NCBI GenBank assembly: GCA_963765575.1
Contig: CAVXWZ010000011.1
Span: 576,001-640,000 of the forward strand
Reading direction: 5' to 3'
Length of the DNA: 64,000 nucleotides
DNA from: an uncultured cyanobacterium
Lineage (GTDB): Bacteria > Cyanobacteriota > Cyanobacteriia > PCC-6307 > Cyanobiaceae
Shown here: in pieces, positions 19,356 through 29,535 of the stretch
Layout: every line of letters starts with the position of its first letter
Position numbering within the stretch: the stretch's first letter is position 1
The notes under the pieces: generated by a model
Database searches by the model: none
Told to the model about the DNA's origin: nothing
The model's input: only the letters and a program-made list of their open reading frames with translations
Program-made: the position numbers and the translations under genes

Positions 19356-20815
19356 GGACGGCTGCTGGCTGGCTGTTGGGGCGATTGTTTCACAGGCAAC
19401 AGGCTCAGCACCTGGGGCGGTGTGGCGTCTGCCGGGTAGATGAGACGCACCCGCAGGTTGCGGGAGGCGCCCGGCTTCAGGCTCACCGTGCCGAGGGCCG
19501 GCCCCTCCTCGCCGGCCCGCTGCACGAGGTGGAAGCGCCGCCGGGCCGAGGGCCGGCCGCCGCTGCCGTCGAGACCGGCCACCTCGATCGGACCGCGGAA
19601 CATCACCGAGCGCACGGGTGTGGCGTTGAAGCGCAGTCCGCCGATGGCCGGGTCCCCCTTGATCGGCGATTCCAGGGCAAGCTGCAGCTGCACGGGCTCC
19701 GTGCCGGTGTTGCGCAGCGGAATCGTGAGGTCGTACTCCACGCCGTAGTTGCCGTGGGCGGCCCAGGCGGTGCCGTCGTAGAAGGTCTGCAGTTCAGCGG
19801 TCTGGACCTGGTCGGTGCCGAGCCGGCCGCCCTCGAGCGAGGCGATCGGCCAGGAGATCGGCGCAGCGTCGGTGCTCAGCCACGACGTGCCGGGGCTGGT
19901 GATGGTGCCGCGCCAGACGCTGCCCACCTGCACGCCGCTCACCCGGGAGTAGATCATCCGTCCCGGGGCCCCACGCGGGGTGGGCTTGTGCTCCTTGGGA
20001 CTGAGGCCGCCCTCAAGCATCTTGGCCCAGGTCTGGGGCGGCGGCGGCTGGTCGCCCTCGGAGCCGAAGGCGGCCAGGGTGGCCAGGCTGATGGGCCCAT
20101 CGCTCTGCAGGCGCAGCTGCAGGTTGCGGCCGTTGAGCAGCGGATCGAGACCGCGCACCGGCAGGGGCAGCACCACCAGGGTGGTGGCAGCGCCGGGTTC
20201 GAGGGTCCAGCTGCGGGCGAGTTCCGGGCTGCGCTGGCGCATCAGCAGTTCGGTGGCGACGCGGCTGCCGGGGCCGGCCCAGGCCGGACTGGTGCGTTCG
20301 GGGAGCAGTGGCGGCAGGGGCAGGAACGGCGCCCCGGCCATGGCCGGATCCAGCGACTGGGACAGGGCCGTGGACCCCTCCAGCAGGCGCAGTTGCACCG
20401 GCGCATCGCCGCGGGGCTTGGCCACCACGGCCAGCCACAGGGTGGAGTTCATGGTCTCGGGCTTGCCCGCGTAGACGTGGTGGCTGAACAGATCGAAGCG
20501 GCCCTTCAAGGCGACGTCGAGATGGGCTTCCGGCACGCCACGGCCCGCGGGCGCGAAGGTGGAGAGCAGGATGCCGGGCCCGCTGATCAGCTCGGGGTTG
20601 TTGTCGTTGACGACCAGCACCTGATCGAGCCCGCCGGGCAGGGGAGCGACGGTCTGGCGGCGCAGGATCGGTTCGCGGCGCGGGCTGCCCTGCTGCTGGG
20701 CAGGGGCCGGGGGCGCCAGGGCCAGACCGGGGGCCAGCAGCAGGGCGCCGCCGGCTGCCAGCAGGGAGCGGCGCAGAGCGTTGTGGAGGAAGCGAGGCAT
20801 CGGGGGGGAGGTCAT
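19352..20815 (-). CDS. exported cyanobacterial protein (DUF3370-like)
   Basis: Signal peptide, [44 protein letters not shown]. Confidence 0.8.
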   Translation of the reverse strand: MTSPPMPRFLHNALRRSLLAAGGALLLAPGLALAPPAPAQQQGSPRREPILRRQTVAPLPGGLDQVLVVNDNNPELISGPGILLSTFAPAGRGVPEAHLDVALKGRFDLFSHHVYAGKPETMNSTLWLAVVAKPRGDAPVQLRLLEGSTALSQSLDPAMAGAPFLPLPPLLPERTSPAWAGPGSRVATELLMRQRSPELARSWTLEPGAATTLVVLPLPVRGLDPLLNGRNLQLRLQSDGPISLATLAAFGSEGDQPPPPQTWAKMLEGGLSPKEHKPTPRGAPGRMIYSRVSGVQVGSVWRGTITSPGTSWLSTDAAPISWPIASLEGGRLGTDQVQTAELQTFYDGTAWAAHGNYGVEYDLTIPLRNTGTEPVQLQLALESPIKGDPAIGGLRFNATPVRSVMFRGPIEVAGLDGSGGRPSARRRFHLVQRAGEEGPALGTVSLKPGASRNLRVRLIYPADATPPQVLSLLPVKQSPQQPASSRP

Positions 20816-21867
20816 GGGCGGGTCACCAGGGTCTGGGCCGTGGCTGCGGCCATGGCCCGGATCAGGTCGGCGCTGCGGGGATCGTTGAAGGGGCCGGTGA
20901 CCATGAATGCGGCCACCGCCCGGTTGCCATCGGGTAGCTGGATCAGGGCCGCATCCGAGTAGGCGGTGCCGATGTCACCGGTTTTGTTGAGGGCCGAGAT
21001 GCCGAGGCTGAGCAGCTCGGGGTCGGGCTGGGTCGCGTCCTTGCCGAGGCCCTCAAGCAGACCGAGGGGGATCAGGGTGTCGGTGCGGGAGCTGGCCATG
21101 ATCTCGCGGAAGTGGTCGCGGGCCCTGGGGCTGAGGGTCTCGCCGGTGTCGACCACAGCGATGGAGCGTGCCAGGTCGCGGGCGCTGGTGGTGTTGGTGC
21201 CGTCGAGATCCGGCAGCCAGTTGTTGAGCACCGTGGCCGTGAGCCCCATCGCTTTGAAACGGTTGTTGACGGCCGCCTGGCCACCCAGCTTCTGAATCAC
21301 CAGGTTGGTGGCGCTGTTGTCGCTCACCCGGATCATCTCGGTGGCCGCCTCGTGGAAGGGGAAGCGGGTGCCGATCGGCCGGGTGGCCATCCATCCGGCG
21401 CCGCCGCCCACCAGTTCGGGGGTGAGTTGGAGCGGGGCGTTCCAGCTCAGCTTGCCCGCGTCCAGATCCTCCAGGGCCAGCACCAGGATCGGGGTCTTGA
21501 TCGAGCTGGCGGCGGGCATCGGCTGGTCGGGACCCAGCTCGGCGAAGCGGCCATCGTCGAGCACCAGCAGAAAGGCTGTGGCCTTGAGATCCTTCTGGGC
21601 GGCCGCCAATTGCTGCCAGCGTTGGCTGAGGGCGGTGAGCTCCTGTTTCGGCTGGAAGCTGCCCAGAGCCAGGGCCCCGGGAGCGGCGGGGACGCCCAAC
21701 TGATCCAGGGTGGGCAGGTTGCCCTCAGCGAGCCGCGGTGCCAGCAGCCGCAGGCCGGTGCCGGCCAGCACCCCCAGCCCCACGCCCATCACGGCCAGCC
21801 GCAGCAGCAACAGCAGGGTCTGCCGCCAGCGGCTGCGGGGACTCCTGGGGGATTGAGCGGCGCTCAA
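20812..21867 (-). CDS. class A beta-lactamase-like serine hydrolase
   Basis: SSIK (SxxK), SDN and KTG motifs. Confidence 0.9.
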   Translation of the reverse strand: MSAAQSPRSPRSRWRQTLLLLLRLAVMGVGLGVLAGTGLRLLAPRLAEGNLPTLDQLGVPAAPGALALGSFQPKQELTALSQRWQQLAAAQKDLKATAFLLVLDDGRFAELGPDQPMPAASSIKTPILVLALEDLDAGKLSWNAPLQLTPELVGGGAGWMATRPIGTRFPFHEAATEMIRVSDNSATNLVIQKLGGQAAVNNRFKAMGLTATVLNNWLPDLDGTNTTSARDLARSIAVVDTGETLSPRARDHFREIMASSRTDTLIPLGLLEGLGKDATQPDPELLSLGISALNKTGDIGTAYSDAALIQLPDGNRAVAAFMVTGPFNDPRSADLIRAMAAATAQTLVTRP

Positions 21868-21893
21868 AGCAGCGGGGGAAGTACCGGCTGAAG

Positions 21894-22736
21894 TTAAGGG
21901 GTGCGGGCCGGATCGTCGCCCCCGCCCGTGCCAGTGCCGCGGCGGGCCTGGGCCCAGCGCAGCTGGCGCACCATGCCGCGCATCAGGGCCACCTCCTCGC
22001 TGCTCACCTGGGCGCGCTGCAGCAGGGCCCGCAGCTTGGCCATGCGCGCCGCCGCGGTGTGGGGGTAGAGAAAGCCCACCTCCAGCAACAGCTGCTCGCC
22101 CGCGCCGAGCATCGCCTCCAGGGCCCCCCGCGGGCAGGGTTCCGGCCCACCCGCCGTCCCCCCCCCCATCGCTGCCCCCAGAGTCGTCGTGGCGGCAGGC
22201 CGCTGGGTCCCGCTCTGCAGCCTGTGCCAGTGGTGCAGCACCACGGCAGCGGCCTGGGCCAGGTTGAGGGAGCCGTAGGCGTCGCCGGTTTCGATGCCCA
22301 GCAGCCGGCCGGCCTGGAGCAGCTCATCGTTGCTCAGGCCCCGGTCCTCGCGGCCGAACACCAGGGCCCGCAACGGCGCTGGGGGGTGGGCTTCAGCGCC
22401 ACCGCCGGTTGGTGGGGCTGGCTGCCCCAGCCAGCCCAGCGCATCGTCGAGCCCCCGGACGGGCAGGGGCTCGCCACAGCCCCTGCCGCTGGTGGCCACC
22501 ACCCGCCGGCAATCGGCCAGGGCCGCCTTGAGGCTGGGGAACAGCCGTGCCGTCTCCAGCACAGCGACGCCGTGCACCGCCATGCGCCGGGCCTCCTCGC
22601 CGAGATGGGAGCACCTGGGTGCCACCAGGCGCAGCTCCGCCACTGCGAAGTTGGCGCACAGCCGCGCCACGCCACCCACGTTGAGGGCGCCGGCGGGCTC
22701 CACCAGCACCACCGCCAGGGGCGTGCCCTGGTTCAC
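21894..22736 (-). CDS. trmJ: TrmJ/LasT family RNA methyltransferase (SPOUT)
   Basis: VVLVEPAGALNVGGVARLCANF, LVFGREDRGL, SLNLAQA; GTGA overlap with cytM. Confidence 0.88.
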   Translation of the reverse strand: MNQGTPLAVVLVEPAGALNVGGVARLCANFAVAELRLVAPRCSHLGEEARRMAVHGVAVLETARLFPSLKAALADCRRVVATSGRGCGEPLPVRGLDDALGWLGQPAPPTGGGAEAHPPAPLRALVFGREDRGLSNDELLQAGRLLGIETGDAYGSLNLAQAAAVVLHHWHRLQSGTQRPAATTTLGAAMGGGTAGGPEPCPRGALEAMLGAGEQLLLEVGFLYPHTAAARMAKLRALLQRAQVSSEEVALMRGMVRQLRWAQARRGTGTGGGDDPARTP

Positions 22737-23170
22737 ACCAGACCGTTCAGGTAGGCCAGCAGATCGGCCATGGCCTGGGGTTCTGGTTGGAAGCTGGGCA
22801 TCGGCGGGGTGCGGCCGCTGACCACCTGGCGGATCAGTTGGCGCTGGTTCTTGCGTTCCGTCACCCCATGCAGGTCGGGACCCACCAGCCCCTGGGCGGC
22901 GGCGCCGTGGCAACCGGCGCAGTTGAGCCGGAAGAGCAGGGCGCCATGCTCCGCAGAACCGCTGAGCTGCAGGGTCTGGCGGGTGTAGGGATCGCTCTGG
23001 GCGGCAGGCAGCAGCAGCAGCACCAGCAGGATGCAGGCGGCGGCTGCCGCCGCCGCCAGGCCGGCCACCAGACCCCGTCCCCGGACCAGGCTGCTGGCCT
23101 GCTCAAGTGGCGCGGCGGCAGGGTCGGACCCTCCGGGCTGGGGAATGCTGGACGGCACGGGGCTGTTCAC
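22733..23170 (-). CDS. cytM: cytochrome cM
   Basis: [17 protein letters not shown] haem motif, [16 protein letters not shown]; divergent from petG; start uncertain. Confidence 0.9.
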   Translation of the reverse strand: MNSPVPSSIPQPGGSDPAAAPLEQASSLVRGRGLVAGLAAAAAAACILLVLLLLPAAQSDPYTRQTLQLSGSAEHGALLFRLNCAGCHGAAAQGLVGPDLHGVTERKNQRQLIRQVVSGRTPPMPSFQPEPQAMADLLAYLNGLV

Positions 23171-23328
23171 AGGGAGCGGGCGGAGCCTTCGCGGGTGCGG
23201 GGGTGGACGTGGCCAGGGGCGTCGGCAGCACCCCTCACCACCCTGACGGGCGGCAGGACCCAGCCGCGAGCTCCGGGAGGGGCGTTGGCATGGACCTATT
23301 GTGTCCTGAGAAGCTGATCGTCCCGGCC

Positions 23329-23442
23329 ATGATCGAACCACTCCTCTGCGGGATCGTGCTGGGCCTGATCCCCTTGACCCTGCTGGGCCTGTTCACTGCG
23401 GCCTGGAGCCAGTACCGCCGCGGCTCCATGCTGGACAGCTGA
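23329..23442 (+). CDS. petG: cytochrome b6f subunit V
   Basis: [32 protein letters not shown]. Confidence 0.97.
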   Translation: MIEPLLCGIVLGLIPLTLLGLFTAAWSQYRRGSMLDS

Positions 23443-23456
23443 GTCCAGCAGGGCGC

Positions 23457-24055
23457 TCATTGCTGCTGCAGCAGCAGCAGCGTGGTGGATCCATAGCGGC
23501 GCAGGTCCCGCTGCCTCCAGCCGTTGGGCACATCTGGCAGGCCTGCACTGGCGCACTCCCAGACCAGGGTTCCTTCCCCGTTCAGCCACTCCCCCGTGGC
23601 CACCGCTGCAGCGATCGGCCCATAGAGCTTCGCCGCGTAGGGAGGGTCGGCATAGATCAGGTCGAAGCGATCCCGCTCAAGGCTCAGCGTTGGCCGCAGC
23701 CACCTGAACCGCCACCCTGGCGCGTTCCCCCGCGCTGCAGCCAGCGCAGCACCTCGCTGGCGTGCACCTCCACCTGGGGCCTGGGCTCAAGTCCCCCCCG
23801 CACGGCTTCAAGGTTGGCCCTGGCCAGCGCCGCCAGCCGCCGGTCCCGCTCCACCGCCACCGCCCGCGCGGCCCCGCGCTGCAGCGCCTCGCAGGCCATG
23901 GCGCCGCTGCCGCAACAGAGGTCAAGCCAGTGGCAGCCGCGCAGCTCTGCGGCCAGCAGGTTCATCACCGCCAGCCGCACCCGGGCAGGGGTGGGGCGGG
24001 CCAGGGAGCCCGGCGGGCTTTTCAACCTGCGGCCACCGCTGAGGCGCAGGCTCAT
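23457..24055 (-). pseudogene. rsmD: 16S rRNA m2G966 methyltransferase RsmD, frameshifted at about 23680-23740
   Basis: The N-half (RPTPARVR, WLDLCCGSG) stops at 23684; the C-half FDLIYADPPY..RRYGST lies in another frame ending at 23457. Confidence 0.85.
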
Positions 24056-24068
24056 GGCAGGCGGGCGC

Positions 24069-24701
24069 TCATGCCGGCAGCCAGTGGAGCCAGCGCTGCA
24101 GGATCGCTGCGCCGGCAGGCCCCGATTTCTCGGGGTGAAACTGGCAGGCTCCGATCGCCCCGCTCCAGACGGCGGCGGTGACGGTCTCGCCGGCGAAGTC
24201 GACCCCGGCGGTGGTGACCGCCGGATCGCTGGGAGCGGCGGCGAAGGAGTGCACGAAATAGACCCAGGCCGGCGGCGCTCCGGCGGGCAGCAGGGGACTG
24301 GGGTTGCTGGGGATGAGGGGTTCCCAGCCCATGTGGGGGATGGGATGGCCGCTGCGCCGCGGCAGCGCCCGCACCCGTCCCGGCAGCAGGGCCAGCCCCC
24401 GGCTGCGGCCCTCATCACTGGACTCGAACAGCAGCTGCAGACCCAGGCAGATGCCCAGCAGGGGCCGCTCCGCCGCACACCACTGCCGCAGCATCCGGTC
24501 CAGCCCGCTGCTGCGCAGCCGCTCCATGGCTGGATCGAAGGCCCCGACCCCCGGCAGCAGCAGGCCCTGACAGCTCTCGATCAGGGCCGCATCGGCACCG
24601 GGATCGGCCACGGTCACCACCTCCGCCCCCAGCCGCTCGAAGGCCCGCCGCACCGAGTGCAGGTTGCCCATGCCGTAGTCGATCAGGCCCAGCCGGTTCA
24701 T
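24069..24701 (-). CDS. hisH: imidazole glycerol phosphate synthase glutaminase subunit
   Basis: DYGMGNLHSV, LPGVGAF, GICLGLQLL, PHMGW, YFVHS, QFHPEKS. Confidence 0.97.
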   Translation of the reverse strand: MNRLGLIDYGMGNLHSVRRAFERLGAEVVTVADPGADAALIESCQGLLLPGVGAFDPAMERLRSSGLDRMLRQWCAAERPLLGICLGLQLLFESSDEGRSRGLALLPGRVRALPRRSGHPIPHMGWEPLIPSNPSPLLPAGAPPAWVYFVHSFAAAPSDPAVTTAGVDFAGETVTAAVWSGAIGACQFHPEKSGPAGAAILQRWLHWLPA

Positions 24702-25837
24702 GACGGATCACAGCCCCGCTGTTCCGGTTGCAACAGGGCCGGACAGCTGGGCAGGTCAAGGCCGTTGAGGGCATCGATCAGCTGGTAGAGCCTGCCCATG
24801 CGGCGCATGTTGAAGCGGAAGCGCAGGCAGGGTCGCAGAAAGCCTTCGTCGTCGCAGGTCTCGGCGGCATGGATGGCGCCCTGCTCCACCAGGTCGTCGA
24901 AGTCCTGGTTGAGCTGATCCAGCGCCTGTGGGGGAATCGGCGCGTTGAGCTGCAGTTCCAGCCAGTCCCTGAGCAGTTCGGCGGCATGGAAGACCCGGTA
25001 GAACCGGCAGATGCAGGCGATGGCGTTGCTGGCGCTGTCCGTCAGACACACCAGGGAGCGGTCCTCCGGGGAGATCAGCCCCCGTTTGGTCATCAGCCGC
25101 CGCACCTCCAGCTGCCAGCTGCTCCAGAAGGGATCGCCGGCTGGGGCCAGCAACACCAGGGGCATGGGCGGGGTGCGGCCGGTCTGGATGAGGGTGAGCG
25201 CCTCGAACAGCTCATCGAGGGTGCCGAAGCCGCCGGGCAGCGCCACCACCGCATCGCTTTCGCGCAGGAAGAACAGCTTGCGGGTGAAGAAGTAGCGGAA
25301 GTGCAGCAGCCGGGCCTCGTAGCTGCTCACGATCGGGTTGGGGTGCTGCTCGAAGGGCAGATCGACATTCAGGCCGAAGCTCGCCTGGCTGCCGGCACCG
25401 CGGTTGGCGGCCTCCATGATCCCGGCGCCGGCGCCCGTGATCACCTCAAAGCCGGCCCGCACCGCCAGCCGGGCGAGCTCCTCGGCCTGCTGGAACGCCG
25501 GATCGGCGTCGCTGGTGCGGGCGGAGCCGAACACGGCCACCTTGCGCACCTTGCGGTGGGGGCGGAACACCTCCAGGGCCTCACTGATGTCGGCGAGGGT
25601 GCCGCTGATGATCCGCCAGGCCTCCGGCTCACTCTCGTGGCGGCAGACCTCCAGCAGGGACACCAGGGCGCGATCAATGATGCGCCGCTGGGGATGGTGC
25701 TCGATGGCGGCGGCGAGGGCCTCCAGCGGGCTGATGCCACCGTGACGCTGGGCTGGACCGTGACGCTGGGCTGGACCGTGACGCTGGGCTTGGGAGATGG
25801 AGGACCCGGGGCCGGCAGGAGGGGAAGGGGCTGTCAG
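24698..25837 (-). CDS. LOG family (TIGR00730-like) Rossmann-fold protein; true start uncertain (GTG 25663 or CTG 25837)
   Basis: VAVFGSART, TGAGAGIMEAANRGA, FRYFFTRK, PGGFGTLDE. Confidence 0.85.
   Translation of the reverse strand: MTAPSPPAGPGSSISQAQRHGPAQRHGPAQRHGGISPLEALAAAIEHHPQRRIIDRALVSLLEVCRHESEPEAWRIISGTLADISEALEVFRPHRKVRKVAVFGSARTSDADPAFQQAEELARLAVRAGFEVITGAGAGIMEAANRGAGSQASFGLNVDLPFEQHPNPIVSSYEARLLHFRYFFTRKLFFLRESDAVVALPGGFGTLDELFEALTLIQTGRTPPMPLVLLAPAGDPFWSSWQLEVRRLMTKRGLISPEDRSLVCLTDSASNAIACICRFYRVFHAAELLRDWLELQLNAPIPPQALDQLNQDFDDLVEQGAIHAAETCDDEGFLRPCLRFRFNMRRMGRLYQLIDALNGLDLPSCPALLQPEQRGCDPS
25739..25790. repeat. 18-bp tandem repeat, about 3 copies
   Basis: ACCGTGACGCTGGGCTGG twice plus a 16-bp third copy; reads AQRHGP repeats in the LOG frame. 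Confidence 0.95.
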
Positions 25838-25858
25838 GGGGGCTCTCGGGCAGGGAGC

Positions 25859-26182
25859 TCAGAGGTACTTGCTGATCGTGCCGGACAGGGTGGTCTTGGG
25901 CACGGCGCCGACAACGGTGTCGACCTTCTGGCCGCCTTTGAACACCATCAGGGTGGGGATGCTGCGGATGCCGTACTGGCTGGCCACATTGGGGTTCTCG
26001 TCGGTGTTCAGCTTGAACACCTTGATCTGGCCTTCGAACTCCTTGGCGATCTCATCGACGATCGGTGCCACCATGCGGCAGGGGCCGCACCAGGGGGCCC
26101 AGAAGTCAACCAGCACAGGCACATCACTCTTGAGCACGTCCTGCTCGAAGGAGGCGTCGGTGACAGCGGCTGCGCTGGACAT
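25859..26182 (-). CDS. trxA: thioredoxin (m-type)
   Basis: [20 protein letters not shown]. Confidence 0.98.
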   Translation of the reverse strand: MSSAAAVTDASFEQDVLKSDVPVLVDFWAPWCGPCRMVAPIVDEIAKEFEGQIKVFKLNTDENPNVASQYGIRSIPTLMVFKGGQKVDTVVGAVPKTTLSGTISKYL

Positions 26183-26296
26183 CCTTGTTGGGGTCGGGAT
26201 TTAAGGAATGTAGCAAGGGGCCACGGTCGCTTCTGTCGGCCCACACCAAGCGTTGCAGGCAGGGGGCGGGCCGACTGCTCAGCAGAACGGCTCAGC

Positions 26297-26358
26297 AAAA
26301 AGGCCCGGACGAGCCGGGCCGGAGGGTGTGAGGAGTGTGCGAGCTGTGAAGCCCCCAC
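26297..26358 (-). ncRNA. yfr1: Yfr1 small RNA
   Basis: The minus strand shows a 5' hairpin, the unpaired ACTCCTCACAC motif (26326-26336) and a GGCCCGG/CCGGGCC-TTTTT terminator, at the known guaB-trxA intergenic position. Confidence 0.93.
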
Positions 26359-26381
26359 CACTACAAGATAGGCCTCGCCTC

Positions 26382-27545
26382 CTACTTGCCCATGCCCAGC
26401 TGCTGGGCCTTCTGATACACCTTGCCCTCGGTGAGCAGCGACGGGGCCACCACCACCTCCACCTCCTGCATCTCCCGCAGCGTGCGGGCCCCCAGGGTGC
26501 CCATGGAGGTGCGGATGCAGCCGAGCAGATTCTGGGTGCCGTCGTCGAGGCCGGCGGGGCCGCGCAGGATCCGCTCCAGGCTGCCGGTGGTGCCCACGCT
26601 GATGCGGGTGCCGCGGGGCAGCACGGGGCTGGGGGTGGCCATGCCCCAGTGGAAACCCCTGCCAGGTGCCTCGGCGGCGCGGGCGATGGGAGACCCGATC
26701 ATCACGGCATCGGCGCCACAGGCCAGGCACTTGCAGATGTCACCGCCGGTGACGATGCCGCCGTCGGCGATCACGGGCACGCGGCGGCCGCTCTCGCTGG
26801 CGTAGTCGTCGCGGGCCGCCGCGCAGTCGGCCACGGCGGTGGCCTGGGGGATGCCGATCCCCAACACACCGCGGCTGGTGCAGGCGGCGCCGGGGCCGAT
26901 GCCCACCAGCACCCCGGCAGCGCCGGCGCGCATCAGCTTCAGGGCCACCTCATAGGTGACGCAGTTGCCGATCACCACGGGCACGCCGAAGTCGCGGCAG
27001 AGGGCTTCGATATCCAGGCTGGCCTGGCCCTCCGGGCCGATGTGTTCGGTGCTGACCACCGTGGCCTGCACGAACAGGAGGTCGGCTGCGGCCTCGGCGA
27101 TGGCGGCGCCGAAGCGCATGGCGGCCACGGGCGTGGCGCTCACGGCGGCGATCCCGCCCCGCTCCTTGATCTCGGCGATGCGCTGACGGATCAGGTCCTC
27201 ACGCACGGGTTGGCTGTAGAGCTCCTGCATCAGCGGCACGAACTCCGCCTTGCCCACCGCGGCGATGCGGTCCAGCACCGGATTGGGGTCGTCGTAGCGG
27301 CACTGCACCCCCTCCAGGTTGAGCACGCCGAGGGCTCCCAGGCGGGTGAGCTCCACGGCGACGGCCACGTCGACCACGCCATCCATGGCGCTGGCGATGA
27401 TCGGGATCTCGCGATCAATGCCGCCCAGGCTCCAACTGCTGTCCGTGATGGCCGGATCGACCGTGCGGCCGCCGGGCACCAGGGCGATTTCGTCGATGCC
27501 GTAGGCGCGGCGGACGGTGCGGGAGCGGCCGAGCTGGATGTCCAC
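26382..27545 (-). CDS. guaB: GuaB3-type IMP dehydrogenase-related protein
   Basis: RRAYGIDEIALVPG, GIGPGAACTSRGVLG, IADGG, HWGMATP; GTG start 27545. Confidence 0.93.
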   Translation of the reverse strand: MDIQLGRSRTVRRAYGIDEIALVPGGRTVDPAITDSSWSLGGIDREIPIIASAMDGVVDVAVAVELTRLGALGVLNLEGVQCRYDDPNPVLDRIAAVGKAEFVPLMQELYSQPVREDLIRQRIAEIKERGGIAAVSATPVAAMRFGAAIAEAAADLLFVQATVVSTEHIGPEGQASLDIEALCRDFGVPVVIGNCVTYEVALKLMRAGAAGVLVGIGPGAACTSRGVLGIGIPQATAVADCAAARDDYASESGRRVPVIADGGIVTGGDICKCLACGADAVMIGSPIARAAEAPGRGFHWGMATPSPVLPRGTRISVGTTGSLERILRGPAGLDDGTQNLLGCIRTSMGTLGARTLREMQEVEVVVAPSLLTEGKVYQKAQQLGMGK

Positions 27546-27623
27546 CGGGATTGCGCGTATTCGGGCCACCGTATCAATTGATGCGGCAGCTTCCCATGCC
27601 TTCAGCAACGGCCCCAGCCTTGA

Positions 27624-28226
27624 TCAGCTACGGCCGCTGAAGCTCTGCCAGCGCCGCTGCAGGCCCGCAAGCAGTTGCTCGCGCTCGCTGCGGCGGATCA
27701 TCTTGGGAAGACCGAAGCGCAGGGCCCAGATCAGCCCCACCAGCTCCAGCAGTCCGGGCGCCAGGGGCAGGCTGCCGATGGCGGACAACAGACCTGCGTA
27801 GAGCCGCAGCACCAGCAGCACCGAGATCAACGCCAGGGCGATGGTGAGCGGAGTCTTGGCCTGCAGCCAGAGGCTCTGGAGTTCGCCGCTGCCCCACCAC
27901 TGCTTCAGGTTCTGCACCAGCAGGTCCCATTCGCCGCCTTCCCCACCGCCGGCCGAGGAGCCGGGGTCGCCGCCAGCGAGCGCCGGCACTGTGGTGCTGG
28001 CCTCCAGGGTGGGCTCCGCCGCTGCCGGGGGTTCGCTCTCGGGCGCGACGGCCGCCTCGGCCGCCACCGCTGCCATGGTCTCGGTGGCGGGGGCTGCGCT
28101 GGGCGCAGGCTCGCCGAAGGCTGCGGCAGCGGGCTCGTTGTCCGCGTCAGTGGAACTCAGCTCCGGCGAGCTGGTGCCCTGCGGGTTGGGGTCGGCCTGG
28201 AAATCGGCGCGCTGGGTGTCGGCCAT
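27624..28226 (-). CDS. CAAD domain (CURT1/CurT-like) membrane protein with acidic, Ala/Pro-rich N-terminus
   Basis: LLSAIGSLPLAPGLLELVGL..REQL motif after a TM helix. Confidence 0.8.
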   Translation of the reverse strand: MADTQRADFQADPNPQGTSSPELSSTDADNEPAAAAFGEPAPSAAPATETMAAVAAEAAVAPESEPPAAAEPTLEASTTVPALAGGDPGSSAGGGEGGEWDLLVQNLKQWWGSGELQSLWLQAKTPLTIALALISVLLVLRLYAGLLSAIGSLPLAPGLLELVGLIWALRFGLPKMIRRSEREQLLAGLQRRWQSFSGRS

Positions 28227-28341
28227 GGAAGCGATGGAAGAAGAACTGGGCGAAGCGATGGGAGCGTGGGTGGGAGCTGACCTGGGCGGTGAGCTGCGGT
28301 CGGGCTGGAGCTTAAGGGGGGTTGCCGCTTGGGTTTCTCCC

Positions 28342-29535
28342 TCAGCTGTCGAGGGGCAGCAGGCTCGCTCGGCTGGAGAGGGGCAGCACCGGCAGTCGGA
28401 TCGGAAAGCGGTTGTGCACAAGCCGGCTCACCAGCTCGGCGCCGATCTCGGCGGCCAGCCGGGGGCTGTGGGCGGGGGCGCAGCGCAGCTGCCGTCCGCC
28501 CACGCTGATGCTGCCGCTGGCCAGCAGGTCGTAGCTCACCGACCCCAGCGCCGGCTTGACCCGCCTGGGGATGGCCAGATCCAGCACCGGAGCCTGCAAC
28601 GCGGCCGGCTCTGCTGCGGCGCCCCTGGCCACCTCCAGATCCAGCAGCGGCACTGGTGCCGCGATCGCCACCAGCAGTGAACAGCCGTGGCCGGGGAAGA
28701 AGCAGGGGCGGATCCAGCGGCTGTCGAGGCCGTGCAGATCCACGCTCAGGGCAGCGCTGGCACCGGGCGTGAGCGCGTGACCACTGGGCTGACGCCGCAC
28801 CTTGGGCTGGTGGCCGCTGCCCGCCCCCAGCACCCAGCCGATGCCCCCCGCCACCAGCACCGGAGAGCCCGGGCCCAGCAGCGTCAGCCCAGGCATGGTG
28901 AGGCCGATGCTGCCGCTGCCGCCACAGCTCCACAGGGCGGTGCCGTAGGGGCCGAGCAGCGGCCCCCAGGGGCTGGCGCAGAGCCCGGCGGCGCTGCTCA
29001 CCGCCACCACGCCGTTTTCGCCGATGGCCCGCTGCAGCAGCAGGCGGCCGGCGCCGAGCCGCTCCAGGTCCAGTTCGGTGTGCAGGTCGCGGCGCGGATG
29101 CAGGGCCGTGGCCTCGCCGCTGGCGTCGAAGGCCAGCGGCCTGCCGCCCAGCAGGGCAGCGAGCAGCTGGGCACCGCTGTGGCGTGATGGCTCCCCCAGC
29201 CCGCCGCCCACCGGCAGCAGCAGCTCGCCGGGCCCGCCGCTGGCCAGTCCCTTGACGCCATCGAGCTGGGCCTCGCGCAGCCGGATCGGCGGATCGGTGG
29301 GGCCCAGGGACAGCTGCAGGCTGGCCTGGTCGGTGAACCCGGCATCGGCGGCCACCACCACATCGGTGTCGACGTAGGCCTGATCCAGGCCCAGCTTCTG
29401 GGTGAGGGCGCGGAAGTCGGCGGCGGTGCGCACCCGCAGTTCGCCGCGACGCTGGCGCTCCCGCAACTGGGTTTCGCTGCGGGGTTGGGCGGCCTGGGGC
29501 TCGATAGAATCGGCTGACTGACCACGGTCTTGCAT
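28342..29535 (-). CDS. homocysteine biosynthesis (HcyBio/DUF39) family protein, divergent
   Basis: [61 protein letters not shown]. Confidence 0.7.
   Translation of the reverse strand: MQDRGQSADSIEPQAAQPRSETQLRERQRRGELRVRTAADFRALTQKLGLDQAYVDTDVVVAADAGFTDQASLQLSLGPTDPPIRLREAQLDGVKGLASGGPGELLLPVGGGLGEPSRHSGAQLLAALLGGRPLAFDASGEATALHPRRDLHTELDLERLGAGRLLLQRAIGENGVVAVSSAAGLCASPWGPLLGPYGTALWSCGGSGSIGLTMPGLTLLGPGSPVLVAGGIGWVLGAGSGHQPKVRRQPSGHALTPGASAALSVDLHGLDSRWIRPCFFPGHGCSLLVAIAAPVPLLDLEVARGAAAEPAALQAPVLDLAIPRRVKPALGSVSYDLLASGSISVGGRQLRCAPAHSPRLAAEIGAELVSRLVHNRFPIRLPVLPLSSRASLLPLDS
29505..29510 (+). promoter_or_regulatory. putative -10 element for gyrA
   Basis: TAGAAT 23 nt upstream of the gyrA ATG in GC-rich context. 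Confidence 0.5.

Noticed and set aside
20812..21867. Beta-lactamase-like gene as acquired antibiotic resistance
   Set aside because: It sits in a core-type operon with trmJ and chlI, has an N-terminal membrane anchor and shows no mobility signs; it fits the usual cyanobacterial PBP-like serine hydrolase
24052..24085. Possible third frameshift at the hisH 3' end
   Set aside because: hisH is complete through QFHPEKS and its final helix; the alternative frame adds nothing recognisable
25739..25790. Short direct repeats as a CRISPR array (also at 8135, 14231 and 48411)
   Set aside because: The units are adjacent with no unique spacers, and there are no cas genes
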